Assembly (NCBI GenBank): GCA_963798915.1 | Contig: CAWCVB010000002.1 | Span: 256,001 to 320,000 of the forward strand | DNA length: 64,000 nucleotides | From: an uncultured Gemmatimonadales bacterium | GTDB lineage: Bacteria; Gemmatimonadota; Gemmatimonadetes; Gemmatimonadales; GWC2-71-9 | Direction: 5' to 3' | In this document: positions 18,270-28,480 of the stretch, one piece after another | Position numbering within the stretch: position 1 is the first letter of the stretch | How the letters are laid out: each line of letters starts with the position of its first letter | The notes under the pieces: generated by a model | Seen by the model: only the letters and a program-made list of their open reading frames with translations | Database searches by the model: none | What the model was told of the DNA's origin: nothing | Translations under genes and position numbers: made by a program

Positions 18270-18410
18270 GCACGCTCGACGTGCGGCCCGAGCTCGTCGC
18301 TGAAGCGACGGCTCGGCAGGTGTCGCTGAAGCGACCGATGCGTTCGAGGCCTGACCGACCCGTCGTCACTCGAGTGACACGTGCCGAGCCGCGGCTTCCA
18401 GCCGCGAGCC
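18270..18410. repeat. Cluster of REP-like hairpins between convergent genes
   Basis: gtcgc-tgaa-gcgac twice (18296-18309, 18322-18335), perfect palindrome gtcactcgagtgac (18365-18378), and ccgagccgcggcttccagccgcgagcc (18384-18410), which recurs at 50592. Confidence 0.7.
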
Positions 18411-18424
18411 CGACTGGTCAACGC

Positions 18425-21109
18425 TCATGGCGCGGGCCCCCACTTGAGACTCGGCGTGAAATGCTCGATCCTGACGAGCTGGGGTGGCGCGTCGGTGCCC
18501 TGTCCCACCATCAGAAAGTGCCGGTCGTCCGGGGCCACGGCATAGCGCGCATAGTCCAGCCCGGTCGCGGCGTCGCTGTGGAACAAGGCGTGCGGCGCGC
18601 CGGACCGGAACACGGGATTGGTGTCGACCTCCACGGCCATCAGGTCGAGCGTGCTGATGGCCCGGAAGAACAGTTCCTTTCCGGAATGCGCCCAGCGTGG
18701 TTCCACGCCTCCGTCCGTTGACACCTGCCACACCCCGCGGTTCACGTCCGGAAAGGGCCGCACGTACACCTCGCGCCGGCCGGAGGCAGTGGATACGTAG
18801 GCAATCCGGTGGCCGTCCGGCGAGATCACCGGGTTGGTTTCGGCCGCCGGTCCGGTGATGAGCGGCTGGAGCGTCGTATCGGAGCCGAGCCGCATGCCCA
18901 GGATGTCACCGGATCCGGCCTGGGCGCCAGAGGTCCGTACGACCAGCCACTGCCCGTCCGGTGATTCGCCGACCTCGGTGATGTCACGGTCACTCCGGAC
19001 GACCAGCGTGACACCACCTGTCCCGTCGGCCTGTTTCCGGAAGACCGCCTGCGGGTGCACGCGCTCGGAAATGAAGAGGATGGAGCGTCCGTCCCCGGCC
19101 CAGCTCGGGCGCACATCGGGAGCCGGATCCAGGGTGAAGCGGGTGAGCGGCCCTGACGGCAGTTGCTTGATCCAGATATCCGTGCCGGTGGTGCCGGCGC
19201 GCGAGAGTTCGACGGCCACCCGCTGGCCATCCGGTGACAGCGCTACTCCACGGATCTCACCGCCCTCCCGCCAGTCCCGGTCCACCGGGTGCGCCGTGCC
19301 GTCGCCTGCCACCCAGTCCAGCCGCGAGGTGGCACCCGGGGAGCCCGCGACATAGTAGAGCGCTCCGTCATCGCTCGCTGCCAGGTCCACCCCGGCGTAG
19401 GTGCCGCTTATGCGAGTACCGGACGCCACCGCCCTCGGCGGGGCAGTGAGCGCGAGGCGGCCCTCGTCGAAGGGGGCTGCCTGCAATGTCCCATCAACCG
19501 TCACGAAGAGCAGGTATCCGGCGGCATACCGGGCGCTCACCGCCTGGGTAACCACGCGGTGCTCGCCGGTACCAAGCCGCCAGGCCATGATGGAGAAATC
19601 TCCCGGGGCATCATTGGCATGGCGAAGCCGGAAGAGCGCCACTCGGTTCCCGGGGAGGATCTGCGGCCAGGCGATGCCGGTCTCATGCTGGAGCGTATCG
19701 AGCGGCGCCACCGTCCCGCGATCACTGCCATCGGGCCGTACCCGCTGCAGGCCTCCGACATCCGCGTCGAAATAGATGTATCCGTCGCTGGCCCAGTAGG
19801 CGCCGCTCGTGCCCAGGGGCGCCCCGACCACGGTCCGCGGCATCCCTCCACCAAGCTGCACCACCTTCATGATGCGACCATCGCGATCGGTGACGAAGCC
19901 GACCTGCCGGCCGTCGGGAGAGATGAACGGGTCGTAGGCGCCTTCCGTCCCGGGAATCGGAGTCGCGTTCAGGGTATTGCTGTGCTTCAGCCACAACCGT
20001 CCGCCAACCGAATCCCCACCGGTGTACACCAGGATGGATCCATCCCGGGAGACGGCCATATGGGTCCCCAGCATGGAAAGGCTCGGTGCCTGATCCGGAG
20101 GAAATCCCACGGCGAACTGCGACGGGAGCGACGGCTCCGATCGGAGTCGTCCCCAGAGCCAGAGCGCGACCGCGAGCACTGCGACGATCCAGCCCGCCAA
20201 GTTCATCAGACGGGAGAGTGGGCGATGGCGACTTCCCGTGCGCTCCCGTGTTCCGGAGGTGGAAGAGGCGATGGTCGTGGCACCGGAGAGCGCACTGGCA
20301 AATGCTGCTGTGCTGGCGAACCGGTCTGCGGGCAATTTCTGTAACGCGGTGAGCACCGCCGCATCCACGTGCTCCGGCACCGTCTTCCGCACGTCGCGCA
20401 GTGGCACCGGCTCCGCCGTGACCACCTTGGCCACGATCGCCTGTGCCGTGGGACCGGTGAAGGGCGGCTCGCCCGCGAGCATCTCGTAGGTCATCGCACC
20501 GAGCGCGTACACGTCGCTCTGAGCGGTGATCTCCCGCTCACCCATGGCCTGCTCGGGGCTCATGTAGTGCGGCGTGCCGAGCGACATCCCGGTTTCCGTC
20601 ATGCGGGTCCCGGCGGTCTTGCTCACCGCGAGTGCGATGCCGAAGTCGGCCACCAGGGCCTGGCCATCGTGCAGCATCACGTTCTCGGGCTTGATGTCGC
20701 GGTGGATCACGCCGTGGCGGTGGGCATAGTCGAGGGCGCTGGCCACCTCGCCGGCGATGCGGACGGCATCCCCGATGGGCAGCTGCTTCTCGCGGGCGAG
20801 CCGGTCGCGCAGTGACTCGCCCTCCACATACGGCATCACATAGAAGAGGAAGCTGCCGGCCTCACCCGAGTCGAAGAGCGGCAGGATGTGCGGGTGCTGC
20901 AGGTTGGCGGTAGTGCGAATTTCGGAGAGGAAGCGCTCGGCGCCGATCACGGCGGCAAGCTCGGGGCGGAGCACCTTGATCGCCACCTTGCGGTGGTGCT
21001 TGAGGTCTTCGGCGAGATAGACGGTGGCCATGCCGCCTTGGCCAAGTTCGCGCTCGATGCGGTAGCGGTCGGCGAGGGCGGCAGCCAGCTGCTCGACGGA
21101 GTCATTCAT
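18425..21109 (-). CDS. K6: Ser/Thr kinase - TM - TolB/PD40-like beta-propeller
   Basis: C-terminal 894 aa of ORF 18425..22681; own ATG (MNDSVEQLAAALADRY) overlaps the TGA at 21106-21108; intact kinase motifs. Confidence 0.93.
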   Translation of the reverse strand: MNDSVEQLAAALADRYRIERELGQGGMATVYLAEDLKHHRKVAIKVLRPELAAVIGAERFLSEIRTTANLQHPHILPLFDSGEAGSFLFYVMPYVEGESLRDRLAREKQLPIGDAVRIAGEVASALDYAHRHGVIHRDIKPENVMLHDGQALVADFGIALAVSKTAGTRMTETGMSLGTPHYMSPEQAMGEREITAQSDVYALGAMTYEMLAGEPPFTGPTAQAIVAKVVTAEPVPLRDVRKTVPEHVDAAVLTALQKLPADRFASTAAFASALSGATTIASSTSGTRERTGSRHRPLSRLMNLAGWIVAVLAVALWLWGRLRSEPSLPSQFAVGFPPDQAPSLSMLGTHMAVSRDGSILVYTGGDSVGGRLWLKHSNTLNATPIPGTEGAYDPFISPDGRQVGFVTDRDGRIMKVVQLGGGMPRTVVGAPLGTSGAYWASDGYIYFDADVGGLQRVRPDGSDRGTVAPLDTLQHETGIAWPQILPGNRVALFRLRHANDAPGDFSIMAWRLGTGEHRVVTQAVSARYAAGYLLFVTVDGTLQAAPFDEGRLALTAPPRAVASGTRISGTYAGVDLAASDDGALYYVAGSPGATSRLDWVAGDGTAHPVDRDWREGGEIRGVALSPDGQRVAVELSRAGTTGTDIWIKQLPSGPLTRFTLDPAPDVRPSWAGDGRSILFISERVHPQAVFRKQADGTGGVTLVVRSDRDITEVGESPDGQWLVVRTSGAQAGSGDILGMRLGSDTTLQPLITGPAAETNPVISPDGHRIAYVSTASGRREVYVRPFPDVNRGVWQVSTDGGVEPRWAHSGKELFFRAISTLDLMAVEVDTNPVFRSGAPHALFHSDAATGLDYARYAVAPDDRHFLMVGQGTDAPPQLVRIEHFTPSLKWGPAP

Positions 21110-22591
21110 GGATGTTGCTCGACGGCCTGGTGTGCCAGTGTCACCAGCGACCAGTAGGGCGGGGGATATCCGTCGCGCGCCCGGGCTTCGGCAGCCGCCC
21201 CACGCAGGTCCGCCGCCAGCGCGCGCTGGCGCGTCACGAACGCCTCGTGTGCCAGTGCTGATGATGCCGACATCCCTTCCGGAACAGGCCCGTGGCCGCC
21301 CAGGGCTGACCAGCACCCAGCTGTATCCCTTGGCCAGCCGCACGAGCGGCAGCCGATACCATGCATGATCCAGGGCTCGGCCCTCATCCGCCTGGTCGAG
21401 CATGGCATCAAGTACCGCGTTATCCAGGTGATCCTGCCAGAGCGCCGCGCTGTCCCGCCACTCGGCGACGACCACCAGTTGAGGATCGTACTCCAGATCT
21501 GATGGTTCCTGCGTCTCGAAGTGCCGGACGCCGAGCTCGGAGAGCCAGCGTCGGATGCCGGGGCGGGAGATGGTGGAGCGTCCCATCCACAGCGTGATGC
21601 CCTCGTCGTGGTAGGCGGACGAGGCCACCTCCGAACAGAAGAGGTGCGAGGGATCACTGTAGTCCATCGTGAAGTCGTACGGGATGTGACCGGCCCGCGC
21701 GCGTGCCAGCATGCGCGACGCGGCACGATGCGGCAGCATGGGGTCGGCTTCAAGAGCGGGCAGGTCCGCCCTCGGACGCAGCACCATCACGCGCAGCTTC
21801 TTGTCGGCCAGGTACTGCTCGGCGCTGGACACGGCGACGCCGATCTCGATGTGCGCTTCGATGACCGACACCTGGCGCGTGGCCGAATCGATGTAGACCA
21901 GGCCGACGTGCGAAAAATTTCCCGGGTAGTCATTGCCGCGGGCGATGAGCGCTGACGTGGGATAGCCGCCGCGGGAGACCAGCATGTCACCCGAATGAAT
22001 GCGAACGCCATGCACCAGGGCGGACGGCGTGGCGGACGGTTCGTCGCGTCCGAGAAGAAGCGCGGGACTGCTGTCGGGGTGCTGCAGCATCGCCTCCTCC
22101 ACCGCGGCCCGGGCGCCATAGAGCAGGCGATAGAGGCGTTGCCTTGCCTCGAGCTGGTCGGGATCCCAGTGACGCGACTGGTCCTTGATAACCTCGCGGA
22201 GCCGGCCGGCAAGCGCGACGTAGCCCCGGAGCTGCGAGGGACAGGCCGCGACGACGGGGCCGGTGGCGAAGAAGTCATCTTCCAGGGCCTGGAGGCGGGG
22301 ATCTGTCGGCCTCACCGGGGTGCCGGCGAGACTGTCGAGGTCTGCCGCCACGTCAGCGATCCTGAGGGCGGATGTATTGGTGGCTCCGCTGCAGCCGGCC
22401 GCTCGCGCAGCGACGAAGCGGCCCTCGAGCGCGCGCCAGAGCGAGTCCTGGTTCCAGGCAAAGGGAACACCGCGTGGCGGCGCGGGCGGCACCCTTACCG
22501 AGCGAGCGGGAACCGAGAGGAGCAGCACACCGAGGACACCAGCGAGGGTGATCCCGAGGCGTGACCGGGCAGTCAAGAGGCGAGCTCGCAC
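21106..22591 (-). CDS. Permuted papain-like (YiiX/YebB-type NlpC/P60) amidase with N-terminal membrane anchor; +1 frameshift near 21304
   Basis: GDMLVSRGG...GNFSHVG (His) precedes YDF...LFCSEV (Cys). The C-terminus (GGHGPVPEGMS...GYPPPYW...) is in ORF 21106..21753; removing one base of the GGG run at 21303-21305 joins the two. Start position approximate. Confidence 0.78.
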
Positions 22592-22595
22592 GCTT

Positions 22596-23957
22596 TCAGC
22601 GACGGGCCCGCAATGCACGCACGCGAACCAGATAATAGAGCACCGACCCAGCCAGTACAGCGGACATGTACAGCACCTCATGCAGGGTGGAATGCGCCAG
22701 CACCCAGAGCACCACGGCCGATGCGAGCAGGGCCACCGTGGGTCCGCCGGGTGCGCGGAAGCTGCCGGCGGGCCGCGGGCGCGTGTACCGCAAGCGCAGC
22801 GCGGCCAGGCAGACAGCCAGATAGATCAGCAGCAGCGCCATGCTCGCCAGCACGGCCAGCACCTGGAAGCCGCCGCTCAGGCTGAGCAGCAGGGTGACGG
22901 CCGCGAAGGCGATGATCGAAATCCACGGCGTATGGAAGCGCGGATGCACCCGTGCCAACGCCTGAGGCAGCATGCCGCTTTCCGACGCGGCCAGAAAGGC
23001 GCGCGGCGTGCCGATCATGTCGGCCGCCAGTGCGCCGAAGACGGCGACAGCGGTGCAGGCCACCACGATGCTGCGCCCCGGACCGGCGGCCAGCCGCTGG
23101 GCCAGGTCCGCGAGCGGCGTCGCGCTGCCATGGGCCAACTCGCTGCCCAGCACCCCCTGCGCCACCAGCTGGAGCACAACGTACAGCAGCACCAGCGCAC
23201 CCGCGGCGCCAAGAATTCCCCGTGGCACGGTCCGGGTGGGATCGCGAATCTCGCCGCTGGGCGTGAGCGCGCTCTCCATCCCACCAAAGGCGAAGAAGAG
23301 CACCAGCGTGCCGGCGCCCAGCTGCGACACCGAGGGCCACCCATTCCATGTCAGGTTGGACCATTGGACCGCCAGCAGACCAACCACGGCCAGCAGCAGC
23401 AGCGGCGCCAGCTTGGCCACTGTGGTGGCAACCGCGAGCCGGGTACCCTGGCGCACGCCCCTGATGTTGATGACGGCGAGGCTGCCAAAGAGCAGAACCA
23501 GACCGAACATGCGGGGCACACCGCCGGCAAGAGGTGGAAGGACCGTTGCCACCGCATCCAGCAGCACGTGGGCAATGGCGGCGTCGGACGCCGCCGACCA
23601 GATGATCGCAAAGACCACCCACGCCAGGAAACCCGACAGCGGCCCGAACGCCTCCTCGATGTAGGCCACGGACCCGCCGGATCGGGTGACTTGGCTGCCC
23701 ACCTCGGCAAAGCAGGTCAGTACCAGGATGATCAGGGCGCCGCAGACGAGATAGGCCAGGATCGCGGCGGGTCCCAGAATGGCGGCCACCACGGCGGGCA
23801 GCGCGAAGATGCCGGCGCCAATCGTCAGGTTGATGGCATTGGCGCCCAAAGCCCATGGGCCGATGGCGCGGACCAGCACCGACTCTGCCGCTGGTAGCGT
23901 CGGCGGAGTCGAGGCTGGCAAGACCGGGGCGGTGAATTCGCTGCCGGTAATTGTCAT
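22596..23957 (-). CDS. APC-family amino acid permease
   Basis: 453 aa, about 12 hydrophobic segments; IGAGIF, FAEVGS, GG.V.YIEEAFG, FFAFGGMES, HPRFHTP. Confidence 0.93.
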   Translation of the reverse strand: MTITGSEFTAPVLPASTPPTLPAAESVLVRAIGPWALGANAINLTIGAGIFALPAVVAAILGPAAILAYLVCGALIILVLTCFAEVGSQVTRSGGSVAYIEEAFGPLSGFLAWVVFAIIWSAASDAAIAHVLLDAVATVLPPLAGGVPRMFGLVLLFGSLAVINIRGVRQGTRLAVATTVAKLAPLLLLAVVGLLAVQWSNLTWNGWPSVSQLGAGTLVLFFAFGGMESALTPSGEIRDPTRTVPRGILGAAGALVLLYVVLQLVAQGVLGSELAHGSATPLADLAQRLAAGPGRSIVVACTAVAVFGALAADMIGTPRAFLAASESGMLPQALARVHPRFHTPWISIIAFAAVTLLLSLSGGFQVLAVLASMALLLIYLAVCLAALRLRYTRPRPAGSFRAPGGPTVALLASAVVLWVLAHSTLHEVLYMSAVLAGSVLYYLVRVRALRARR

Positions 23958-26695
23958 GGCGAGGCGAGCTTCAACTGCTTCAGTTCGGCACGCCAGTTGA
24001 AGATCACGTTGAGGGACGTCGCGTCACTGCCGCCGGCGGTCACCATCAGGAACCGGCGGCCATCGGGATGCACGTCGTACCCGCGGTAGTACTCCTGCAT
24101 CCCCAGCCCGGTGCCATCAAACAGCAAGTGCGGGACACCATGGGTGAACGAGCGTCCGGTGGTGACGGGGACCGCGTACATGTCACCCCGCTGACTTCGG
24201 AAGAAGAGCTCCTTCCCGTCTCGCCGCCAGAGCGGCTCGACACCTCCGCCGACCGATACCACGTAGCGCGCCGAGTCCACGTTGGGAAATGGACGAACAT
24301 GAACCTGTGGGGTGCCGGCTTCCGCGGAGACATAGGCCAGCCATTGGCCATCGGGCGAAAGTGCGATGGCATAATTGTCGTAGCGCGACGGGAGGATGGA
24401 ACGCGGCGTGCTGTCAACGCCGTTCCTGATCTGCATCAGGTGACGCGACCCGGGCCCCGAGCCTTCCGATCGGAAGAGGGTGAAGCGTCCCTGGGGATCG
24501 AAGAGGATCTCGTCAAGTCCGACGTCCGGGGGCGAAGCCGGTTCGGCGGCATCGCTCCCGTCGGCCCGGCGCATCCAGGCCGTGCGCCGGCCATCCCGGC
24601 TCGCGAGATAGGCGACCCGCTTGCCGTCGGGCGTCCAGACAGGGCGGTTAGCGCTGACGACGTCAAAAGAAAGTCGGCTGAGCGCGCCGGTGGCGAGTTG
24701 TTCGATCCAGATCTGGTCATCTCCCAATTCACTTCGCGTTACCGCGATCTGGCTGGCATCCGGGGAAAGAGCAAGTGCGGAAACGACCAGCGCCGGATCG
24801 GACGGAACCGCGGTCCGCTGGCCATCGCGGTCCACCCAGACCAGCCCGGCCCGGTCGCCGGATGTGGGCTGGTACACCAGGGTGCCGTTCGACGACACCG
24901 CGAATTGCACGGTGCCGTTGCTTCCGTCGGTCTGCACGTTGCGACGGACCAGCACGGGAGTTCCCGCGAGGCGACCGCCCCTCGCATCAAGCGGCGCCTC
25001 CAGAAGATTGCCCTCGGCGGTGCCGATCACGATCATGCCGCCGCCGATGTAGCGGACATAGGAGCCCGGGGCAAGATCGGTGACGGCGCCCGAGGCGACG
25101 TCGACGAGGCCGATATGGTTGGAGGTGATCGAGCCTTTCCAGACCATGACCAGCGCCTGCCGGCTGCCAGGCAGCACGTCGGGAAAGTCGAGTTCCTGGA
25201 TGGCCTGGGTCGAGTCCGGCCGGGCGATCCGCGTGACGGCGCCACCGGAGGATGATACGCGCGCCAGGTTGCGGCTGGCGTCGGTGAAGTAGATCTGGCC
25301 GTCATCGGCCCAGTCGGCTCCGCCGAACTGCGCCACGGAATCAGCGACCAGCGTGCGAGCGACTCCGCCGGTGAGCGCGATCACCTTGAGCGCGAGACGG
25401 CCTCCGTCAGCGGTGACGAATCCCACCGATTGCCCGTCAGGAGAGAAGAACGGCGCGAACGCGCCCTTGGTGTCAGGGAGCGGGCGGGCGGCGGGCTGGT
25501 CCAGTTCACGGACCCAGAGTGCGTTGTCTGCCCCGTTGGGCCCGACAAACACAACGCGCCGCCCGGAGGGGGCAATGGCGAGCCTGATATTGGCGATGGC
25601 GCGAACCCGGACGCTGTCGCCCAGGGTGATGGTCGCGTGCACCACCTCATCCGGCCCGACGCTGCCGGGGTCGGCTCCCTTTCCTCGCAGCATGAGACTT
25701 GCCGCGAGTGCCAGGACCGCCGCCACCGCAACGCCGATCAGCGCAAGGCTGCGGCGGTCGCGGATCCAGACGCGCGCGGGGCCAGCGGCATGCGCATCCA
25801 TTCCCGCCATGGTGTAGCCCGGATCGTTGAGCGCCTCGGCAAATTCCCTGGCGGTGGCGAACCGATCAGCGGGCAGGCGTTCGACGGCCTTGGCTACCGC
25901 CGCCGCGACGTTGGGTGGCACGGACTTCCGGAGCCGGGTGACCGGGGCCGCTTCCTCGGTCACGATCTTCATGATGATCTGCTGCGCCGAGGTGCCCATG
26001 TGAGGCGGCTCGCCGGTCAGCATTTCATAGAGCACGCTGCCGAGCGAATAGATATCGCTCCGGCCGGTGATCTCCTTGTCGGCGGTGGCCTGCTCGGGGC
26101 TCATGTAGTGCGGGGTGCCAAGCGACATCCCGGTCTCGGTCATCCGGCCGCCCGCGGCGGCACTCAAGGCCAGCGCAATGCCGAAGTCGGCCACCATGGG
26201 CCGGCCGTCGTGGAGGAGAATGTTCTCCGGCTTGATGTCGCGGTGGATCACCCCGTGGCGGTGGGCGTAGTCCAGGGCATCGGCCACGCTGGTGGCGATG
26301 CGCACCGACTCCTCAATGCCCAGCTGGGTCTCGCGGTCGAGCTTGCTGCGGAGGGTCTCGCCGTCGATGAACGGCATGACGTAGTACAGGAGGTCTACGG
26401 TCGACTGTCGACCGTCGACCGTCGACCGTTGACTGTCGACCCTGGCTATTCCCGAATCAAACAGCGGGAGAATGTGCGGATGCGAGAGTGCCGCGGTGGT
26501 CTTGATCTCGACCACGAAGCGCTCGGCGCCGATTACGGCGGCGAGCTCGGGCTTGAGGACCTTGAGCGCGACCTTGCGATCGTGCTTGAGGTCCTCGGCA
26601 AGATAGACCGTGGCCATGCCGCCCTGGCCCAGCTCACGCTCGATGCGGTAGCGGTCGGATAATGCGCTGGAAAGACGGGTGAGAGCGTCAGTCAT
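23954..26695 (-). CDS. K7: Ser/Thr kinase - TM - TolB/PD40-like beta-propeller
   Basis: 913-aa ORF with intact kinase motifs, TM LALIGVAVAAVLALAASLML and SPDG repeats. Confidence 0.95.
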   Translation of the reverse strand: MTDALTRLSSALSDRYRIERELGQGGMATVYLAEDLKHDRKVALKVLKPELAAVIGAERFVVEIKTTAALSHPHILPLFDSGIARVDSQRSTVDGRQSTVDLLYYVMPFIDGETLRSKLDRETQLGIEESVRIATSVADALDYAHRHGVIHRDIKPENILLHDGRPMVADFGIALALSAAAGGRMTETGMSLGTPHYMSPEQATADKEITGRSDIYSLGSVLYEMLTGEPPHMGTSAQQIIMKIVTEEAAPVTRLRKSVPPNVAAAVAKAVERLPADRFATAREFAEALNDPGYTMAGMDAHAAGPARVWIRDRRSLALIGVAVAAVLALAASLMLRGKGADPGSVGPDEVVHATITLGDSVRVRAIANIRLAIAPSGRRVVFVGPNGADNALWVRELDQPAARPLPDTKGAFAPFFSPDGQSVGFVTADGGRLALKVIALTGGVARTLVADSVAQFGGADWADDGQIYFTDASRNLARVSSSGGAVTRIARPDSTQAIQELDFPDVLPGSRQALVMVWKGSITSNHIGLVDVASGAVTDLAPGSYVRYIGGGMIVIGTAEGNLLEAPLDARGGRLAGTPVLVRRNVQTDGSNGTVQFAVSSNGTLVYQPTSGDRAGLVWVDRDGQRTAVPSDPALVVSALALSPDASQIAVTRSELGDDQIWIEQLATGALSRLSFDVVSANRPVWTPDGKRVAYLASRDGRRTAWMRRADGSDAAEPASPPDVGLDEILFDPQGRFTLFRSEGSGPGSRHLMQIRNGVDSTPRSILPSRYDNYAIALSPDGQWLAYVSAEAGTPQVHVRPFPNVDSARYVVSVGGGVEPLWRRDGKELFFRSQRGDMYAVPVTTGRSFTHGVPHLLFDGTGLGMQEYYRGYDVHPDGRRFLMVTAGGSDATSLNVIFNWRAELKQLKLASP
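26392..26440. repeat. Tandem heptamer array inside the K7 kinase domain, identical to the K2 array
   Basis: ggtctac ggtcgac tgtcgac cgtcgac cgtcgac cgttgac tgtcgac. Confidence 0.9.
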
Positions 26696-26757
26696 GGTGC
26701 ACTCCCGCTCGAGCGGTGGCCGTCGGCGACAGCGGGTGCCAGCCGATCTTGGTTCAT
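26692..26757 (-). pseudogene. Decayed kinase-start mini-ORF (21 aa)
   Basis: MNQDRLAPAVADGHRSSGSAP*; restoring one base gives DRLAPAVADGHR(I)ERE, resembling DRLAAALADRYRIERE. Its TGA overlaps the K7 ATG. Confidence 0.7.
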
Positions 26758-26764
26758 GCTCCTG

Positions 26765-28219
26765 TCACCGGCCGGCACTGCTGGATGGCCACACGACCTC
26801 CCCCTGTTTGATGACTCGGTACACCCGCCGCACGTTGGCGATGTCCCGGGCGGGATCGGCGTCGAGCATCACCAGATCACCCGACTTGCCGGGCTCGAGC
26901 GTGCCGAAGTCACGCTCCCGATTCATGGCGCGGGCGCCATTGCGGGTCGCGTCCACCAGGACCTCCATCGGGGCAAGCCCGGCCTGCTGCATCAGGTCCA
27001 TTTCGCGGTAGACGGACGGACCGTGGAAGGTGCCTGGGTTGCCGGCATCGGTGCCCATCGCGACCACGATGCCGGCGTCGTGCACGCGCTTGAGATTGGC
27101 GAGCCCATTCTGCAGTGACGGGTTCGGCGGCGCGTGGGGCTGGGGTCCTCGCGCCCAGACCGGCCGGAGCGAGTCCGGGATACCGCGGCTGAATTGCGCC
27201 TTCGACGCGGAATCCACGCAGGCCGTCGGGTACGGGAGAGCGTCTGGGCTGGTCGCCATGTACGCGTTGGGATAGCCCTCGAGGACAGTCAGCGTCGGGG
27301 TATAGATGACGTGATGCTCCCGCGCGAGGGTCAGGAACTCGTCATCCACCGGCCCCGAAAAGACGCTGTGCACCAGGACCCGCGCGCCCGCGCGAATCGC
27401 GTCCTTCGCTTCCCAGAGCCCGGTGGCGTGGACGATCAGTGGCAGATGGACGCTGTCCGCTTCGGCACCGGCGACATGCACCAGCGCGCTGAAGTGCGCG
27501 CTGTCGGCAGATGTCCAGTTCCCCGGCACGATGTACCAGACCTTGATCGCGGCCGATCCCATCGCCGCGTGCGAGCGGACGGCGGCGCGAACCGCGGTGT
27601 CCGACGCCATGAAGACGAACTGCCGCTCATCGGGGAGATTGACGTCTACGTCAATGGTGCTGAGCAGCGCGCCGGCCGCGGCCACATGCGGCACATGCGG
27701 ATCGCGCTCGCCCCGGGCCTGGAACCCGCGGGTCCAGGGATAGCCGCCCACGTCGAAGGTGGCGGTGACGCCGGCGCAGAGATCCGCCCGGAAGAACCGC
27801 TCCGGGTGATCGCGCATCGACGCGACCACCGCCGGGTACTGGTGGCTGGCGCGGACGTCCGCCGCGTCGGGCCGGGCATCGAACCAGCCGGTCTGGCCGT
27901 AGTGGACGTGGGCATCCACCAGTCCAGGAATGATCCACTTGCCGCGCGCATCCACGATCGTCGCGCCGGACGGGACCGGTATTGCACTCGACCTTCCCAC
28001 CGCGACGATCCGGCCGTCCTGGATAAGCACCGCCCCATCCTGGATCGGCGCGGCACCCGTGCCGTCGATCAGCGTTCCGCCGCGTACGACGAGCGTTGGC
28101 GCTGCCGCGCGGGTCTGCTGGGCGGCGGCAGCAGCCGTGAACCAGACAACGGAAAGCAGGCAGAGCGAACCACTCCGCCATGCAGAGAGCCACGGCCGCT
28201 CGGCACGCGGGATCGACAT
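26765..28219 (-). CDS. Secreted amidohydrolase-family protein
   Basis: Signal-like N-terminus; IIPGLVDAHVH (HxH), LIVHAT, LVHS, MGTDAG, GTLEPGKSGDLVMLDADP. Confidence 0.92.
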   Translation of the reverse strand: MSIPRAERPWLSAWRSGSLCLLSVVWFTAAAAAQQTRAAAPTLVVRGGTLIDGTGAAPIQDGAVLIQDGRIVAVGRSSAIPVPSGATIVDARGKWIIPGLVDAHVHYGQTGWFDARPDAADVRASHQYPAVVASMRDHPERFFRADLCAGVTATFDVGGYPWTRGFQARGERDPHVPHVAAAGALLSTIDVDVNLPDERQFVFMASDTAVRAAVRSHAAMGSAAIKVWYIVPGNWTSADSAHFSALVHVAGAEADSVHLPLIVHATGLWEAKDAIRAGARVLVHSVFSGPVDDEFLTLAREHHVIYTPTLTVLEGYPNAYMATSPDALPYPTACVDSASKAQFSRGIPDSLRPVWARGPQPHAPPNPSLQNGLANLKRVHDAGIVVAMGTDAGNPGTFHGPSVYREMDLMQQAGLAPMEVLVDATRNGARAMNRERDFGTLEPGKSGDLVMLDADPARDIANVRRVYRVIKQGEVVWPSSSAGR

Positions 28220-28480
28220 CGGTTACCACCTTGGATCGGGTTGATCGACCCGCTGCGCTGGCGTGGCGGGGAATCTGGAAGTAGAAGCTCTGTCCGTCGG
28301 GAGCGGCAATGTCGGGGGAATCCACTCCCAGAGTCTAATGCGGGAATCGCGGGACGGTTAGAGGGCGGTTCGGCCCCCGGCGCTTCCCCTCGTCGTCCCG
28401 GACCAGGGTGTGGCAGAACCCGCCCTGCCGCCCCATACTGAGTACGCTCGCGTCTGCGCTTCCTTCAACAGGCGGTTTCC

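Noticed and set aside
18425..22681. 1418-aa single protein
   Set aside because: Better explained as amidase plus K6 joined by a one-base insertion; the 5' extension also overlaps the permease.
28220..28480. Possible ncRNA or riboswitch in the divergent intergenic region
   Set aside because: No recognisable conserved motif or convincing structure by eye; an Rfam search would be needed.
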